From: Chiloscyllium plagiosum
Lineage: Eukaryota
Reading direction: 5' to 3'
Assembly: GCF_004010195.1 (NCBI RefSeq)
Contig: NC_057718.1
Span: forward strand, 2,050,122-2,107,496
Length of the DNA stretch: 57,375 nucleotides
Position 1 is the stretch's first letter; the number at the start of each line of letters is the position of its first letter. A model generated the notes under the pieces. It saw only the letters and a program-made list of their open reading frames with translations, had not been told where the DNA came from and did no database searches. The position numbers and the translations under genes are program-made. Below, in pieces: positions 38,101 to 50,199 of the stretch.

Positions 38101-39416
38101 AATGGATATGACACCCTAACCCAGCTACACAGTAGTAATGGATATGACACCCTAACCCAGCTACACAGTAGTAATGGATATGACACCCTAACCCAGCTAC
38201 ACAGTAGTAATGGATATGACACCCTAACCCAGCTACACAGTAGTAATGGATATGACACCCTAACCCAGCTACACAGTAGTAATGGATATGACACCCTAAC
38301 CCAGCTACACAGTAGTAATGGATATGACACCCTAACCCAGCTACACAGTAGTAATGGATATGACACCCTAACCCAGCTACACAGTAGTAATGGATATGAC
38401 ACCCTAACCCAGCTACACAGTAGTAATGGATATGACACCCTAACCCAGCTACACAGTAGTAATGGATATGACACCCTAACCCAGCTACACAGTAGTAATG
38501 GATATGACACCCTAACCCAGCTACACAGTAGTAATGGATATGACACCCTAACCCAGCTACACAGTAGTAATGGATATGACACCCTAACCCAGCTACACAG
38601 TAGTAATGGATATGACACCCTAACCCAGCTACACAGTAGTAATGGATATGACACCCTAACCCAGCTACACAGTAGTAATGGATATGACACCCTAACCCAG
38701 CTACACAGTAGTAATGGATATGACACCCTAACCCAGCTACACAGTAGTAATGGATATGACACCCTAACCCAGCTACACAGTAGTAATGGATATGACACCC
38801 TAACCCAGCTACACAGTAGTAATGGATATGACACCCTAACCCAGCTACACAGTAGTAATGGATATGACACCCTAACCCAGCTACACAGTAGTAATGGATA
38901 TGACACCCTAACCCAGCTACACAGTAGTAATGGATATGACACCCTAACCCAGCTACACAGTAGTAATGGATATGACACCCTAACCCAGCTACACAGTAGT
39001 AATGGATATGACACCCTAACCCAGCTACACAGTAGTAATGGATATGACACCCTAACCCAGCTACACAGTAGTAATGGATATGACACCCTAACCCAGCTAC
39101 ACAGTAGTAATGGATATGACACCCTAACCCAGCTACACAGTAGTAATGGATATGACACCCTAACCCAGCTACACAGTAGTAATGGATATGACACCCTAAC
39201 CCAGCTACACAGTAGTAATGGATATGACACCCTAACCCAGCTACACAGTAGTAATGGATATGACACCCTAACCCAGCTACACAGTAGTAATGGATATGAC
39301 ACCCTAACCCAGCTACACAGTAGTAATGGATATGACACCCTAACCCAGCTACACAGTAGTAATGGATATGACACCCTAACCCAGCTACACAGTAGTAATG
39401 GATATGATACCCTAAC
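32146..39416. repeat. Perfect 36-bp tandem satellite CAGCTACACAGTAGTAATGGATATGACACCCTAACC, about 202 copies
   Basis: Printed lines repeat with an exact 180-bp (5-unit) period; no variant seen until the last unit. Confidence 0.98.
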
Positions 39417-39934
39417 ACATTCTGCAGGGGAATAATGTATGTAATAATGTTAATAGAAACCTCACCCACCTCCAGAGTAACAATGTAGAATTAACCTTAC
39501 AAATTTAAGTATGGTTTAGTCTACATAACACACCTACAGAATAATAACGCACATGAAAATATAATACATTGACATAGAAATAACGCCCATAATAACCTAA
39601 TGCAAGGTAGTAATGTTCGAAATAACCTCACATATCTACGGAGTAATATTGAACATAACAATGTAACAGGCCCATAGAGCAATAAGGTATGTAATAGGTT
39701 AATGCACCCTAAGAGTAATAATGGGCATAATAACAGGAAATAGGTACAGAGTAATAATGGACAAAGAAATATAATGCATCCAGAGAGTAATGCTGTATAT
39801 AATAATGAAGTAGACCAATAGTGTAATAATCTATGTAATATCCCAGAGCTACAAAGTAATAATGTGTATAATAACTATCACAGTCATAAAGCTACATGGT
39901 AATAATGTTCATTAATGATATACATAATAACTAA

Positions 39935-40150
39935 GATTAGAGTGGTGCTGGAAAAGCACAGCAGGTCAGGCAGCATCCGAGGAGCAGGAAAATCGATGTT
40001 TTGGGCAAAAGTGCTTCATCAGGAATAGAGGCAGGGAGCCTGCAGAGTGGAGAGAGATTTTCCTGCTCCTCGGATGCTGCCTGACCTGCTGTGCTTTTCC
40101 AGCACCACTCTGATCTCTGGTTTCCAGTATCTGCAGTCCTTGATTTTACC
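39935..40150. mobile_element. Palindromic Penelope-derived element (family 1 variant) with 14-bp TSD tacataataactaa
   Basis: TSD at 39921-39934 and 40151-40164; inverted arms. Confidence 0.85.
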
Positions 40151-41043
40151 TACATAATAACTAACACATTCTATCGAGTAATGACATAATATTGTAACAC
40201 ATCGCACATACAATATACAGAATACCTGACCCAACCTGCACAGTAAGAATATATATTTTAACCCAATAAACCCACAGAATGATAACGTGCTGAATAACTG
40301 AACACACCTACAGAGGAATACCGTAAATATTAACCCAGAACAGCAGCAGAATAATAACACATATAGTGACCTGACACACCTATAGAGTAACCATCTTCAG
40401 AATAACGTTAGTTACAGAGTAATAATGTTTATAATAACTGAACACATCGACATAGTAATAACACACAGAATAAGCTAACACATGTACAGTGTAATAATGT
40501 TCATAATATGTTAACATATAACTTCAGAATAACGATGCAGATAATAAAGTATTCTTATGGCGTAATTATGTACGTATTAAACCAACACAGCTACAGAGTG
40601 ACAATGTACAAAGCAAGCTAAAATATCTCCAGAAGAAAAGTGGATATAACACAGCTAAAGGGTAATAACACATATATTAATGCAAAACACCTACAGAATA
40701 ATTATATATATAATATATATATCATATCACTCCTATAGAGTCATTATGTCAAAAACTAAGCAAGTTGCAGAGGGAAAATGTACATAACGACTGAAAGCAG
40801 CTGAGTAATAATGTGTACAATAAGATAACCCACCCAGAGTGTAATAGAGTACATAATGAGCTCACACACCTACACAGTAATAATGTACATAAGAAACAAA
40901 CAGACCTACAGATTATCAATGTACATTATAACATTACACAGGCCAAGAGTGAAAATAAACACATCTGCCTACAGTAGAATAAACTACATAATTATTTAAC
41001 AGTTACAGAATATAATATACATAGCATCCAGGCACATGACAAC

Positions 41044-41078
41044 CACCTGATGAAGGAGCAGTGCTCCGAAAGCTAGTG
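41044..41078 (+). ncRNA. Minimal type I hammerhead ribozyme motif in a family-2 element
   Basis: CAC-CUGAUGA-A-GGAGC-AGU-GCUCC-GAAA-GC-UA-GUG: intact core, 5-bp stem II, 3-bp stem I (CAC/GUG) and palindromic AGCU stem III. Confidence 0.7.
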
Positions 41079-41409
41079 TGCTTCCAACTAAACCTGTTGG
41101 ACTATAACCTGATGGTGTGTGATTTTTAACTTTATACACCCCAGTCCAACACTGGCATATCCACACCATAACATCCAGGAAGACTGACACAGTAATACTG
41201 TATATATAATATTGTATATAACTAATGATGTACACAAAAACATGACATGGATACTGAAGAATAATGTATGTAATGATCTATTATAGACACACAGTAACAA
41301 TGGACATCCAAAACGACCACATCTATGGGGGAATAATGTACAGAATAACCTACTGCATGTACAAAGTAATAAAATGTGTAATAAGCTAAAACACCTACAG
41401 TGTAATTAT

Positions 41410-41690
41410 GTTGTGGTTCTGTTCGCCGAGCTGGAAGTTTTTGTTGCAAACGTTTCGTCCCCTGGCTAGGCGACATCATCAGTGCTTGGGAGCCTCCTGC
41501 GAAGCGCTTCTTTGATGTTTCCTCCGGTGTTTATAGTGGTCTGTCCCTGCCGCTTCCGGTTGTCAGTTTCAGCTGTCCGCTGTAGTGGTTGATATATTGG
41601 GTCCAGGTCGATGTGTTTGTTGATGGAGTTTGTGGCTGAATGCCATGCCTCTAGGAATTCCCTGGCTGTTCTCTGTCTGGCTTGCATTTG
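41410..41690 (-). mobile_element. Penelope-like element 3' end (GIY-YIG C-terminal region plus hammerhead core at 41446-41485)
   Basis: ORF 41466..41705 (AREFLEAWHSATNSINKHIDLDPIYQPL) is typical of the PLE endonuclease C-terminus. Confidence 0.8.
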
Positions 41691-43319
41691 AGATGATGAC
41701 AGCATTTGAGAATGGAAGGGTTCTTTAAATAAGTAAATGGATTGCTCTACGTGACATTTTATTTTAAAGTGTTATCAGTGCTCCTGATTAGGTTTCACAG
41801 ATTGACACTACATTTTTAAAATGCATAAATACTGGAGTTGGTAAGGTGGAAAATAATTTGTAGCTCTAATTTAAAATATTTCCTCATTTTACTAGTTTGT
41901 GCATCTCATGTACATTGATGACATTCTATAGTTTATCAAAACAAGATAATCATTAATGAATCAAATAAGGAATTCAGGAACAGAAACTGGTAGTAGTGAA
42001 TAATTGAGGCAACCATGAGGTAATTGAGGTAACCATGAAGGTCTTTACAAGACCAGACAAACTCGGCATATGTATTTTCTGTCAGACCTGTTGAATTTTT
42101 CAAGCACTACTTTGTTTCCAATATCCAACATCTGCAGTTCTTTGCTTTATTAAAGGAAATCAAGAGAACTGCCTTTACTCTGAGATTAGTAAAGCAATGG
42201 AATACATTGTCACAGGGAGTGTTTGAAGAAGGTGGCATGGATGAATTAAAACTGCACAATTTTTTTGAGGGAAATATTTTGCTGTGTTTTGTCTAACTCT
42301 GTATAGTCTCCCAAAGTGCTATTAGCCTTCATGGAAATTCTTGCAAGAACTCTTTATTTGCAGCTTACGTGTTCTTTTCATATTACGTTCATTTTCAGTT
42401 CCTTTGTCATTGTTAACCTTGCTGGCAAAATTGCCCTTCTTTCAAGTCTGCTGAATTTTGTTTGCTTCTTAAATTTCTTATAGCTCACTTCTGCATTTTA
42501 GAAAACTACTACTCCATCTTTAATCACCCAAGTACCTCTAAACTCCTCAAACACGGTCTTGTCAAGACCTTCATGGTGGCCTCAATTAGTTTTTCAGTTT
42601 AAAAGGGAAATAAATAATCAAGATCTCTTTTCAGGCAGTGGGTCATGAAGTATAGCCTTCCAGAAGGAATGAAAACCCTAAAATCTGTGAAGTATGAATA
42701 CTGGTCTGACTTGTTTTATATACCTAACAGTGCTCCAGGGCAACCAGTGCATTCATTTCCAAGTACTGCTGTTTATTTTTACTGGTTTGTCCCTCTGGGA
42801 AGTGTCAAAAAATGTGGTGCTGGAAAAGCACAGCAGTCAGGCATCATCTGAGGAGCAGCAGAATCTGGGAAGTGTGTCCATTTGCACTGAGGCAGGCAAC
42901 ACACTGTCTTTGGTGTGCTGCCTCATCTAAATGATTTTATTGTGCAGTTCAGCATGGAACATGCTGCTGACTGGCAGAATGTCAAACAGGACGACCAAAA
43001 GGATGTCTCAGAGCCAAAAGTGTTACCAACCAAGTCATGACTAAAATCGCGTTCAACTGAGAATATTCATGAGTGTACTATGGACCTACATGGTCCAAAG
43101 GAGCAGGTATTGTGCCAAAGAAGCCTCAGCGGTTGCATTATATCTTGATGTACCCTGTGGGTTGCTGGAACTCACATTAGTGAGTCACGAATATGAAGAA
43201 ACCTGACTGGGAAGTAACTAGAAATACTTTAGTCAATGTTTTTTTTGTTTGGGTGTTTCATGGTTCCAACACCAGCAGCAGGTCAGCACCCAATTTTACA
43301 GTCTTAAAGAGGGATATGC

Positions 43320-43530
43320 AAAGTTAAAAATCACACAACACCAGGTTATAGTCCAACAGGTTTAATTGGAAGCACTAGCTTTCGGAGCACTGCTCCTTTA
43401 TTAGGTGGTTGTGGAGTGCAGTGCTCCAAAAGCTAGTGCTTCCAATTAAACTTGTTGGACTATAACCTGGTGTTGTGTGATTTTTAACTTTGTCCACCTC
43501 AGTCCAACATTCGGCATCTTGAAATCATTA
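43320..43530. mobile_element. Palindromic short element (family 2)
   Basis: About 70-bp near-perfect inverted arms aagttaaaaatcacacaacaccaggttatagtccaac... and ...gttggactataacctggtgttgtgtgatttttaactt. Confidence 0.85.
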
Positions 43531-44180
43531 AAAAGGGATGCATTTTCTAAACAAATGCAAACATTTCAGAAATGGAGTTATGAGTCCTTTACAGATTCTT
43601 GGAATTTATTCAGTTTTTTTGGCTTGGCAAAGGTGAAAAATCTATAAGTGCAGTGCATGAAAAATCATAACAATTTAGATAATCTACAAATTCCTTGAAA
43701 AGCTTTGAATGACTGGGATATCTTCCATTTATTGTAGGGAGTCTAACTCATTAATTTTAAATTTGGTCAGACACTCTGTCTGATCTTTTACAGAAAAATG
43801 CACCACATCTTTGTCTAATCACCCATACGGACAAATTAGTTTAAAAAAACAGGAAATGAACATGCTGATTGGACTGGAGTTTTGTGTAGCATTATGTAAG
43901 GGGTGTGATGGCCCAGTGGTATTATTGCTGGCCTATTAATTTAGGAAATTTAACTAATTCTCTGGAGACTTGAGTTCAAATCTTATCATGGCAGATTAAA
44001 ACATATTTTGAATTAAGAATCTACTGATAATCATGAAACCATTGTCAGGAGAAAAAAAACTCATCTGGTTCACTCATAGAGATATACAACATGGAAATAG
44101 ACCATTTGGTCTAACTAGTCCATGCTGACCAGCAATCCTAAATAAATCTAGTCCCATTTCTAAGTATTTGGCCCACGTCC

Positions 44181-45655
44181 ACCCTGCTCTGGGGTATTTA
44201 CAGGGGATTACCCTGCTCTGGGGTATTTACAGGGGATTACCCTGCTCTGGGGTATTTACAGGATTTACCCTGCTCTGGGGTATTTACAGGGGATTACCCT
44301 GCTCTGGGCTATTTACAGGGGTTTACCCTGCCCTTGGGTATTTACAGGGGATTACCCTGCTCTGGGGTATTTACAGGGGATTACCCTGCTCTGGGGTATT
44401 TACAGGATTTACCCTGCTCTGGGGATTTTACAGTGGTTTACCCTGCTCTGGGGTATTTACAGGGGATTACCCTGCTCTGGGGTATTTACAGGGGATTACC
44501 CTCTTCTGTGGTATTCACAGGTTTACCCTGCTCGGGGTATTTACAGGGGATTACCCTGCTCTGGGGTATTTACAGGGGATTACCCTGCTCTGGGGTATTT
44601 ACAGGATTTACCCTGCTCTGGGGATTTTACAGTGGTTTACCCTGCTCTGTGGATTTTACAGTGGTTTACCCTGCTCTGGGGTATTTACAGGGGATTACCC
44701 TCTTCTGTGGTATTCACAGGTTTACCCTGCTCTGGAGTATTTACAGAGCATTACCTTGCTCTGGGATATATACAGAGTTTACCCTGCTCTGGGGTATTTA
44801 CAGGGGATTACCCTGCTCTGGGGTATTTACAGTGGTTTACCCTGCTCTGGGGTATTTACAGGGTTTACCCTGCCCTGGGGTATTTATAGGCGATTACCCT
44901 GCTCTGGGGTATTTACAGGGATTACCCTGCTCTGGGGTATTTACAGGGGATTACCCTGCCCTGGGGTATTTACAGGGATTACCCTGCTCTGGGGTATTTA
45001 CAGGGGATTACCCTCTTCTGTGGTATTCACAGGTTTACCCTGCTCTGGGGTATTTACATGGGATTACCCTGCCCTGGGGTATTTACAGGGATTACCCTGC
45101 TCTGGGGTATTTACAGGGGATTACCCTGCTCAGGTGTATTTACTGGGTTTACCCTGCTCTGGGGTATTTACAGGGGATTACCCTCTTCTGTGGTATTCAC
45201 AGGTTTACCCTGCTCTGGGGTATTTACTGGGTTTACCCTGCTCTGGGGTATTTACTGGGTTTACCCTGCTCTGGAGTATTTACAGGGGATTACCCTGCCC
45301 TGGGGTATTTACAGGGATTACCCTGCTCTGGGGTATTTACAGGGGTTTACCCTGCTCAGGTGTATTTACTGGGGATTACCGTGCCCTGGGGTATTTACAG
45401 GGGTTTACCCTGCTCTGGGGTATTTACAGGGGATTACCCTGCTCTGGGTTATTTACAGGGGATTACCCTGCCCTGGGCTATTTACAGGGATTACCCTGCT
45501 CAGGTGTATTTACTGGGGATTACCCTGCTCTGGGCTATTTACAGGGATTACCCTGCTCAGGTGTATTTACTGGGGATTACCCTGCTCTGGGGTATTTACA
45601 GGGGTTTACCCTGCTCTGGGGTATTTACAGGGGTTAATCCAGTTCTCTGGGGTAT
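44181..45655. repeat. 28-29-bp minisatellite CCCTGCTCTGGGGTATTTACAGGGGATTA, about 50 copies with variants
   Basis: Directly visible; it explains ORFs 44168..45637 and 44334..45680. Confidence 0.97.
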
Positions 45656-46664
45656 TCATAGACAACACAGAATAGTATAACACAGGAACAGGCCCTTCGG
45701 CCCACCATTTTTATGCTGATCATGGTGCCATTCTGAACTGCCTGCACATGGTCCATATATCCCTCTGTTCTCTACCTGTTCGTGTGTCAGTCGAACTGCC
45801 TCTTAAACATTGCTTCTCCCACCTCTCCCAGAGGCACGTTCCCAGCACCTACCACCCTCTGTGTAAAATAACATTCCCCCCCGACATCCCTCTCACAATC
45901 AGCTCCATAGCTGGATCCTGTATAATACTGAGTTCCCACAAATGTCAACAGCATCCCCTTTCTCTTGGGACCTGTGCCACCTTCAGTAATTCATCTGCAG
46001 AAAGACCCAGTTCCCGTCTGTGAGGGGGATTTAGCAGCTTACAATCCACCAGAGTGTGAATGCTAGCTAGTGCTGACCCATTCACCTGTGTCACCCCCTG
46101 GGACACTGGGAAGCAGAGACCATCACTTCCTCATTCACCACATCAGTTTCAGAATACCCTTGACTGAATGGAACGCTGAAGCATTGCCTGGTTAGGATGG
46201 GGTACAGTCATCAGGCACTGCCTTGAGATGGTCACTCAGCCGATTGGTCACTTTCACCAGGTGAAAGTGAGGTCTGCAGATGCTGGAGGTCAGATGCTGG
46301 GCATAAGCCCTTGATTCCTGAAGAAGGGCTTATGCCCGAAATGTCGATTCTCCTGCTCCTTGGATGCTGCCTGACCTGCTGCGCTTTTCCAGCAACACAT
46401 TTTCAGCCCCACTTTCACCAGGTTCCAGGCTAAAGCGGAATGTGTGATGAAGATGTGGCCCTTGTTACTGGGGGGGACAGTGTGTGTATGGTGAGAGCTG
46501 TATACCTGCCCCTGACTACTAGGAGCTAACAACTTGTTCCACATTGACGTGATTTCAAGCAAGAGCCTTGTGTCCAGCTGTGGGTGGGTTATTGCTCACT
46601 GCAGCAGGAGGTCTATGTGCTGAGTGTGTTGTGTGTGTTATGAAAGCAACACACAAATGAAGTT

Positions 46665-46884
46665 GCATCAAGACACTGTTCAAAAGGGCCACAACACACT
46701 GCAGTACACCAGAACTGCAAAAAGAGGAAGAGGAACACCTATACAAGGTATTCGCCAAAAACGGATATCCTCGCAATTTCATCAACAGATGCCTAAGGGA
46801 AAGACAACAGAACGAGGACATGCCGCAACCCAAAGGACTAGCCACACTACCATACATCAAGAACATCTCTGAACTGACAGCCAG
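46665..46884 (+). mobile_element. Penelope-like element RT C-terminal fragment
   Basis: Hand translation TLFKRATTHCSTPELQKEEEEHLYKVFAKNGYPRNFINRCL...ATLPYIKNISELTA; the NGYP and LPY motifs are typical of PLEs. Confidence 0.85.
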
Positions 46885-46995
46885 NNNNNNNNNNNNNNNN
46901 NNNNNNNNNNNNNNNNNNNNNNNNNNNNNNNNNNNNNNNNNNNNNNNNNNNNNNNNNNNNNNNNNNNNNNNNNNNNNNNNNNNNNNNNNNNNNNN
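46885..46995. other. Assembly gap
   Basis: N characters. Confidence 1.
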
Positions 46996-47557
46996 CTCTT
47001 TGTTCAGCAACACTCCCTAGGACCTTACCATTAAGTGTATAAGTCCTGCTAAGATTTGCTTTCCCAAAATGCAGCACCTCGCATTTATCTGAATTAAACT
47101 CCATCTGCCACTTCTTAGCCCATTGGCCCATCTGGTCCAGATCCCATTGTAATCTGAGGTGACCCTCTTTGCTGTCCACTACACCTCCAATTTTGGTGTC
47201 ATCTGCAAACTTACTAACTGTACCTCTTATGCTCGCATCCAAATCATTTATGTAAATGACAAAACGTAGAGGACCCAGCACCGACCCTTGTGGCACAGGC
47301 CTCCAGTCTGAAAACCAACCCTCCACAACCACCCTCTGTCTTCTATCTTTGAGCCAGTTCTGTATCCAAATGGCGAGTTCTCCCTGTATTCCATGAGATC
47401 TAACCTTGCTAATCAGTCTCCCATGGGGAACCTTGTGGAACGCCTTACTGAAGTCCATACAGATCACATCTACTGATCTACTGTCATCAATCTTCTTTGT
47501 TACATCTTCAAAAAACTCAATCAAGTTTGTGAGACATGATTTCCCATGCACAAAGTC
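46996..47557 (-). mobile_element. CR1 RT fragment
   Basis: SCLTNLIEFFEDVT, MDFSKAF, PQGSVLGP, KFADDTK. Confidence 0.95.
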
Positions 47558-47699
47558 ATTCAAATGAAGAGTAATTATATACACAATAATCTCACACAGC
47601 TACACGGTGCAATAATTTACATGTTACCCTGATTTGTATTCAGAATAATAATGTCTGTAAAACCCTCATACAAACATCATAACAAGCTTACATACAAAG

Positions 47700-49210
47700 A
47701 AAGATCAAAGAATACAGCTCAGGAACAGGTTCTTTGGCCCCTCTACCCTGTGCCAATTTCTAATGTTTATTTAGACTCTCTACCTGAAGTCCATCGTGGT
47801 TTCTATCCCTCTGTTCACCCTCTGTTCATGTGTCTATCAAGATACCCATTGAGCATTGCTAACATACCTGTTTCTACCATCTCCACAGGCAGTGAATTCC
47901 AGGCACCCACTACCCTCCATGTGAAAGCATTCCCTGCACATCTCCTTTAATCTTTCCCCTCTCACCTTGAACCTGTGCCCTCTTGTAGTTAACCTTCCAC
48001 ACTGGGGAAAACCATCTGACTATCCACCCTATCTATGCTTCTCATAATTCTGTAGACCTCTATCAGATTGTCCCTCCAGTGAAAACAATTCGAGTTTATC
48101 CAACCTCTCTTCATAATTAAAGCCCTCCAGACCAGGCAACATTTTGGTAACCCTTCTCTTCACCCTCTCCAAAGAATCCAAATCCTTCTGATAAAGTGGC
48201 ATCCAAAACTGCACACAATATTCTAAATGTGGCCCAATTAAAGTTTTATACAGTTGCAACATAACTTGTCATCATTTATATTTGATGTCCTGGCCTGTGA
48301 AGGTAGCATACTGTATGATTTCTTAAACGCTTTATCCACCTGTGTTTCCACTGTCAAGGATTTGTGGACCTATACACCCAGATCCCTCTGTATCTCCACG
48401 CTGCTAAGGGTTCTGCCATTTATTGTATAACTCACACCTGAATGTGATCTTCCAAATTGCACCACCCTACATTTGTCCAGTTTAAACTCTACCTGCCATT
48501 TCTCTGCCCAGGATCTGCAATCTATCTATATCTTGCTGTATCCTTTGATAATCCTCTTCACAATCTGCAATTCCATCAATTTTGGTCTCATCTGCAAACT
48601 TACAAATCAAACCACCTATATTTTCCTCTAGATCAATTATATATATATTACAAACGTCAAAGGTCCCAGCACTAATCCCTGCAGAATACCACTAATTACT
48701 GATCTCCACTCCAAAAAGCACCCTTCCACCATGACTCTCTGTCTTCTATGACTAAACCAGATTTGTATCCATCTAGCAGCACAGCCTGATTCCCATGATC
48801 TTTTTTATCAGCCTGACATGAGGTACCTTATCAAATGCCTTACTGAAGTCCCTCATCAATCATTCTTGTCATTTCCTCAACAAACTCAATCAAGTTGGTG
48901 ACACATGATGTTCCCCACAGAAACTCACGCTGCCTTTCACTAACAAGACCATTAACTTCCAAATGTGAATACATCCGCTCTCTCAGTATCTTTTCCAATA
49001 GCTTCCCCACCGCTGACTTCAGGCTGTAATTACCTGAATTATGTCTCTTTCCCTTCATAAACAAAGGAACAACATTTGCCACTCTCCAGTCCTCTGGAAC
49101 CTTGCCTAAGGCCAAAGAGGTTGCACAAATATCTGTTAAGGCCCCAGCTATTTCTTCCTTTGCCTCCCACATTATCCTAGAATAGATCCCATCTGGCCCT
49201 GGGGACTTGT
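47700..49210 (-). mobile_element. CR1 LINE 3' portion, decayed
   Basis: ORF 48840..49364 (KSPGPDGIY, VPEDWRVANVVPLF) and ORF 48029..48262 (LYKTLIGPHLEYCVQFW). Confidence 0.92.
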
Positions 49211-49491
49211 TAATACCTACAGAATAATATTTTAGGGAATAACTGAACATAGATTGAGAGGCCCAATGTGTAAAATAACATACAACAGCTACAGAGTAAT
49301 AATGTGCAGAATAAATTAACACATCTATAGATTGTATATGTACATAATAACCAGTCACTTTCACAAAATGGCATTGTGGGGTCCTTCTGCTTGAACATTG
49401 GTTGTGTGTTCCTCAAATTATACAATGAGCACACTCCACTTTGGCAGCTCTCTGTGTTGTTAAATGGGTAATGATTGTTGTAATTTTACAG

Positions 49492-49627
49492 AGAGCCAAA
49501 CTATCGACCTGTTTCCTATCATCCTGGGCTCCCTGCTGGGCTTCCTGATATTGCTGGCTGTTAACATCATCGTTTTGTTTTACGTAAAACGTTGGTCAGC
49601 TTTCTCAAGCAGATCGACGTGGAATCG
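49492..49627 (+). CDS. Transmembrane exon of the VJ-VJ-stalk IgSF gene (not in the ORF track)
   Basis: Acceptor taattttacag| in phase 1 matches the 29238 donor. Translation (K)SQTIDLFPIILGSLLGFLILLAVNIIVLFYVKRWSAFSSRSTWNR has a hydrophobic span followed by a KR stop-transfer. It ends at CG|gtaaat (phase 2) or reads into TAA at 49629-31. It is an island of unique sequence among repeats. Confidence 0.8.
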
Positions 49628-50199
49628 GTAAATTAAATTGATTTCCTTCTCATTTCTATCAACAGCTCTTCCACTTGCGCTGTTTTTGTACCCTTAGTCT
49701 CTCACTCTCTTTCATTGCCATCCCTATGTTCACCTTTAGCTTAAACTTAATCTTTATTTCTTTCTCTGCCCAGCTTGTGATCTCTCTCAGTGTCTGGTAA
49801 TCTCTGTCTGTGTCTCACTTATCTTGTGATATCTCCCTATCTCTCTTCTGATCTTTATCAATGTCTTCAATTTCATGCCCTTGAGCTTACCTCCCAATTT
49901 GCATGTTTTCTGCACCCCCTTACTCTCCCTAATGGTGCTGAATGCAAATTCTCCAGTTCATGTGAAAGATCACATTGTTTTTCAATTCTCCATCTCATGC
50001 TGTCCCTGTTTCTCGATCGGTGCACTCTCAGGTTTCTCCATCACTTTCCCCTTTTCCTCTTTAGTGTTTCTTCTTTCTCACGGTAAATGTCACAAATTCC
50101 ACTTTGAATCAATTACTGCTCCTGGAATGACAATGGGATCTGAGGAATGGGGGTTAATAGGGAAAGGACATTGGGGAATGGGAGAGAGAGAGAGAGAGG

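Noticed and set aside
32146-39416. CRISPR array (36-bp repeat length) or interstitial telomere
   Set aside because: There are no spacers, the context is vertebrate, and each unit has only one CCCTAA.
32103-39469. 2,423-aa and 2,442-aa minus-strand ORFs
   Set aside because: They are artefacts of a 36-bp unit (a multiple of 3) lacking stops in two frames, with no gene context.
42635-43850. Acceptor-like sites at about 42634, 42947 and 43793 as extra exons between the stalk and TM
   Set aside because: The phase-1 reading hits stop codons before any credible donor.
44168-45680. 489-aa and 448-aa ORFs
   Set aside because: They are translations of the 28-29-bp minisatellite with shifting frames.
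46080-46200. Possible Ig C1 remnant (FRIPLTEWNA)
   Set aside because: No flanking Cys motifs, an in-frame stop follows, and there are no compatible splice sites.
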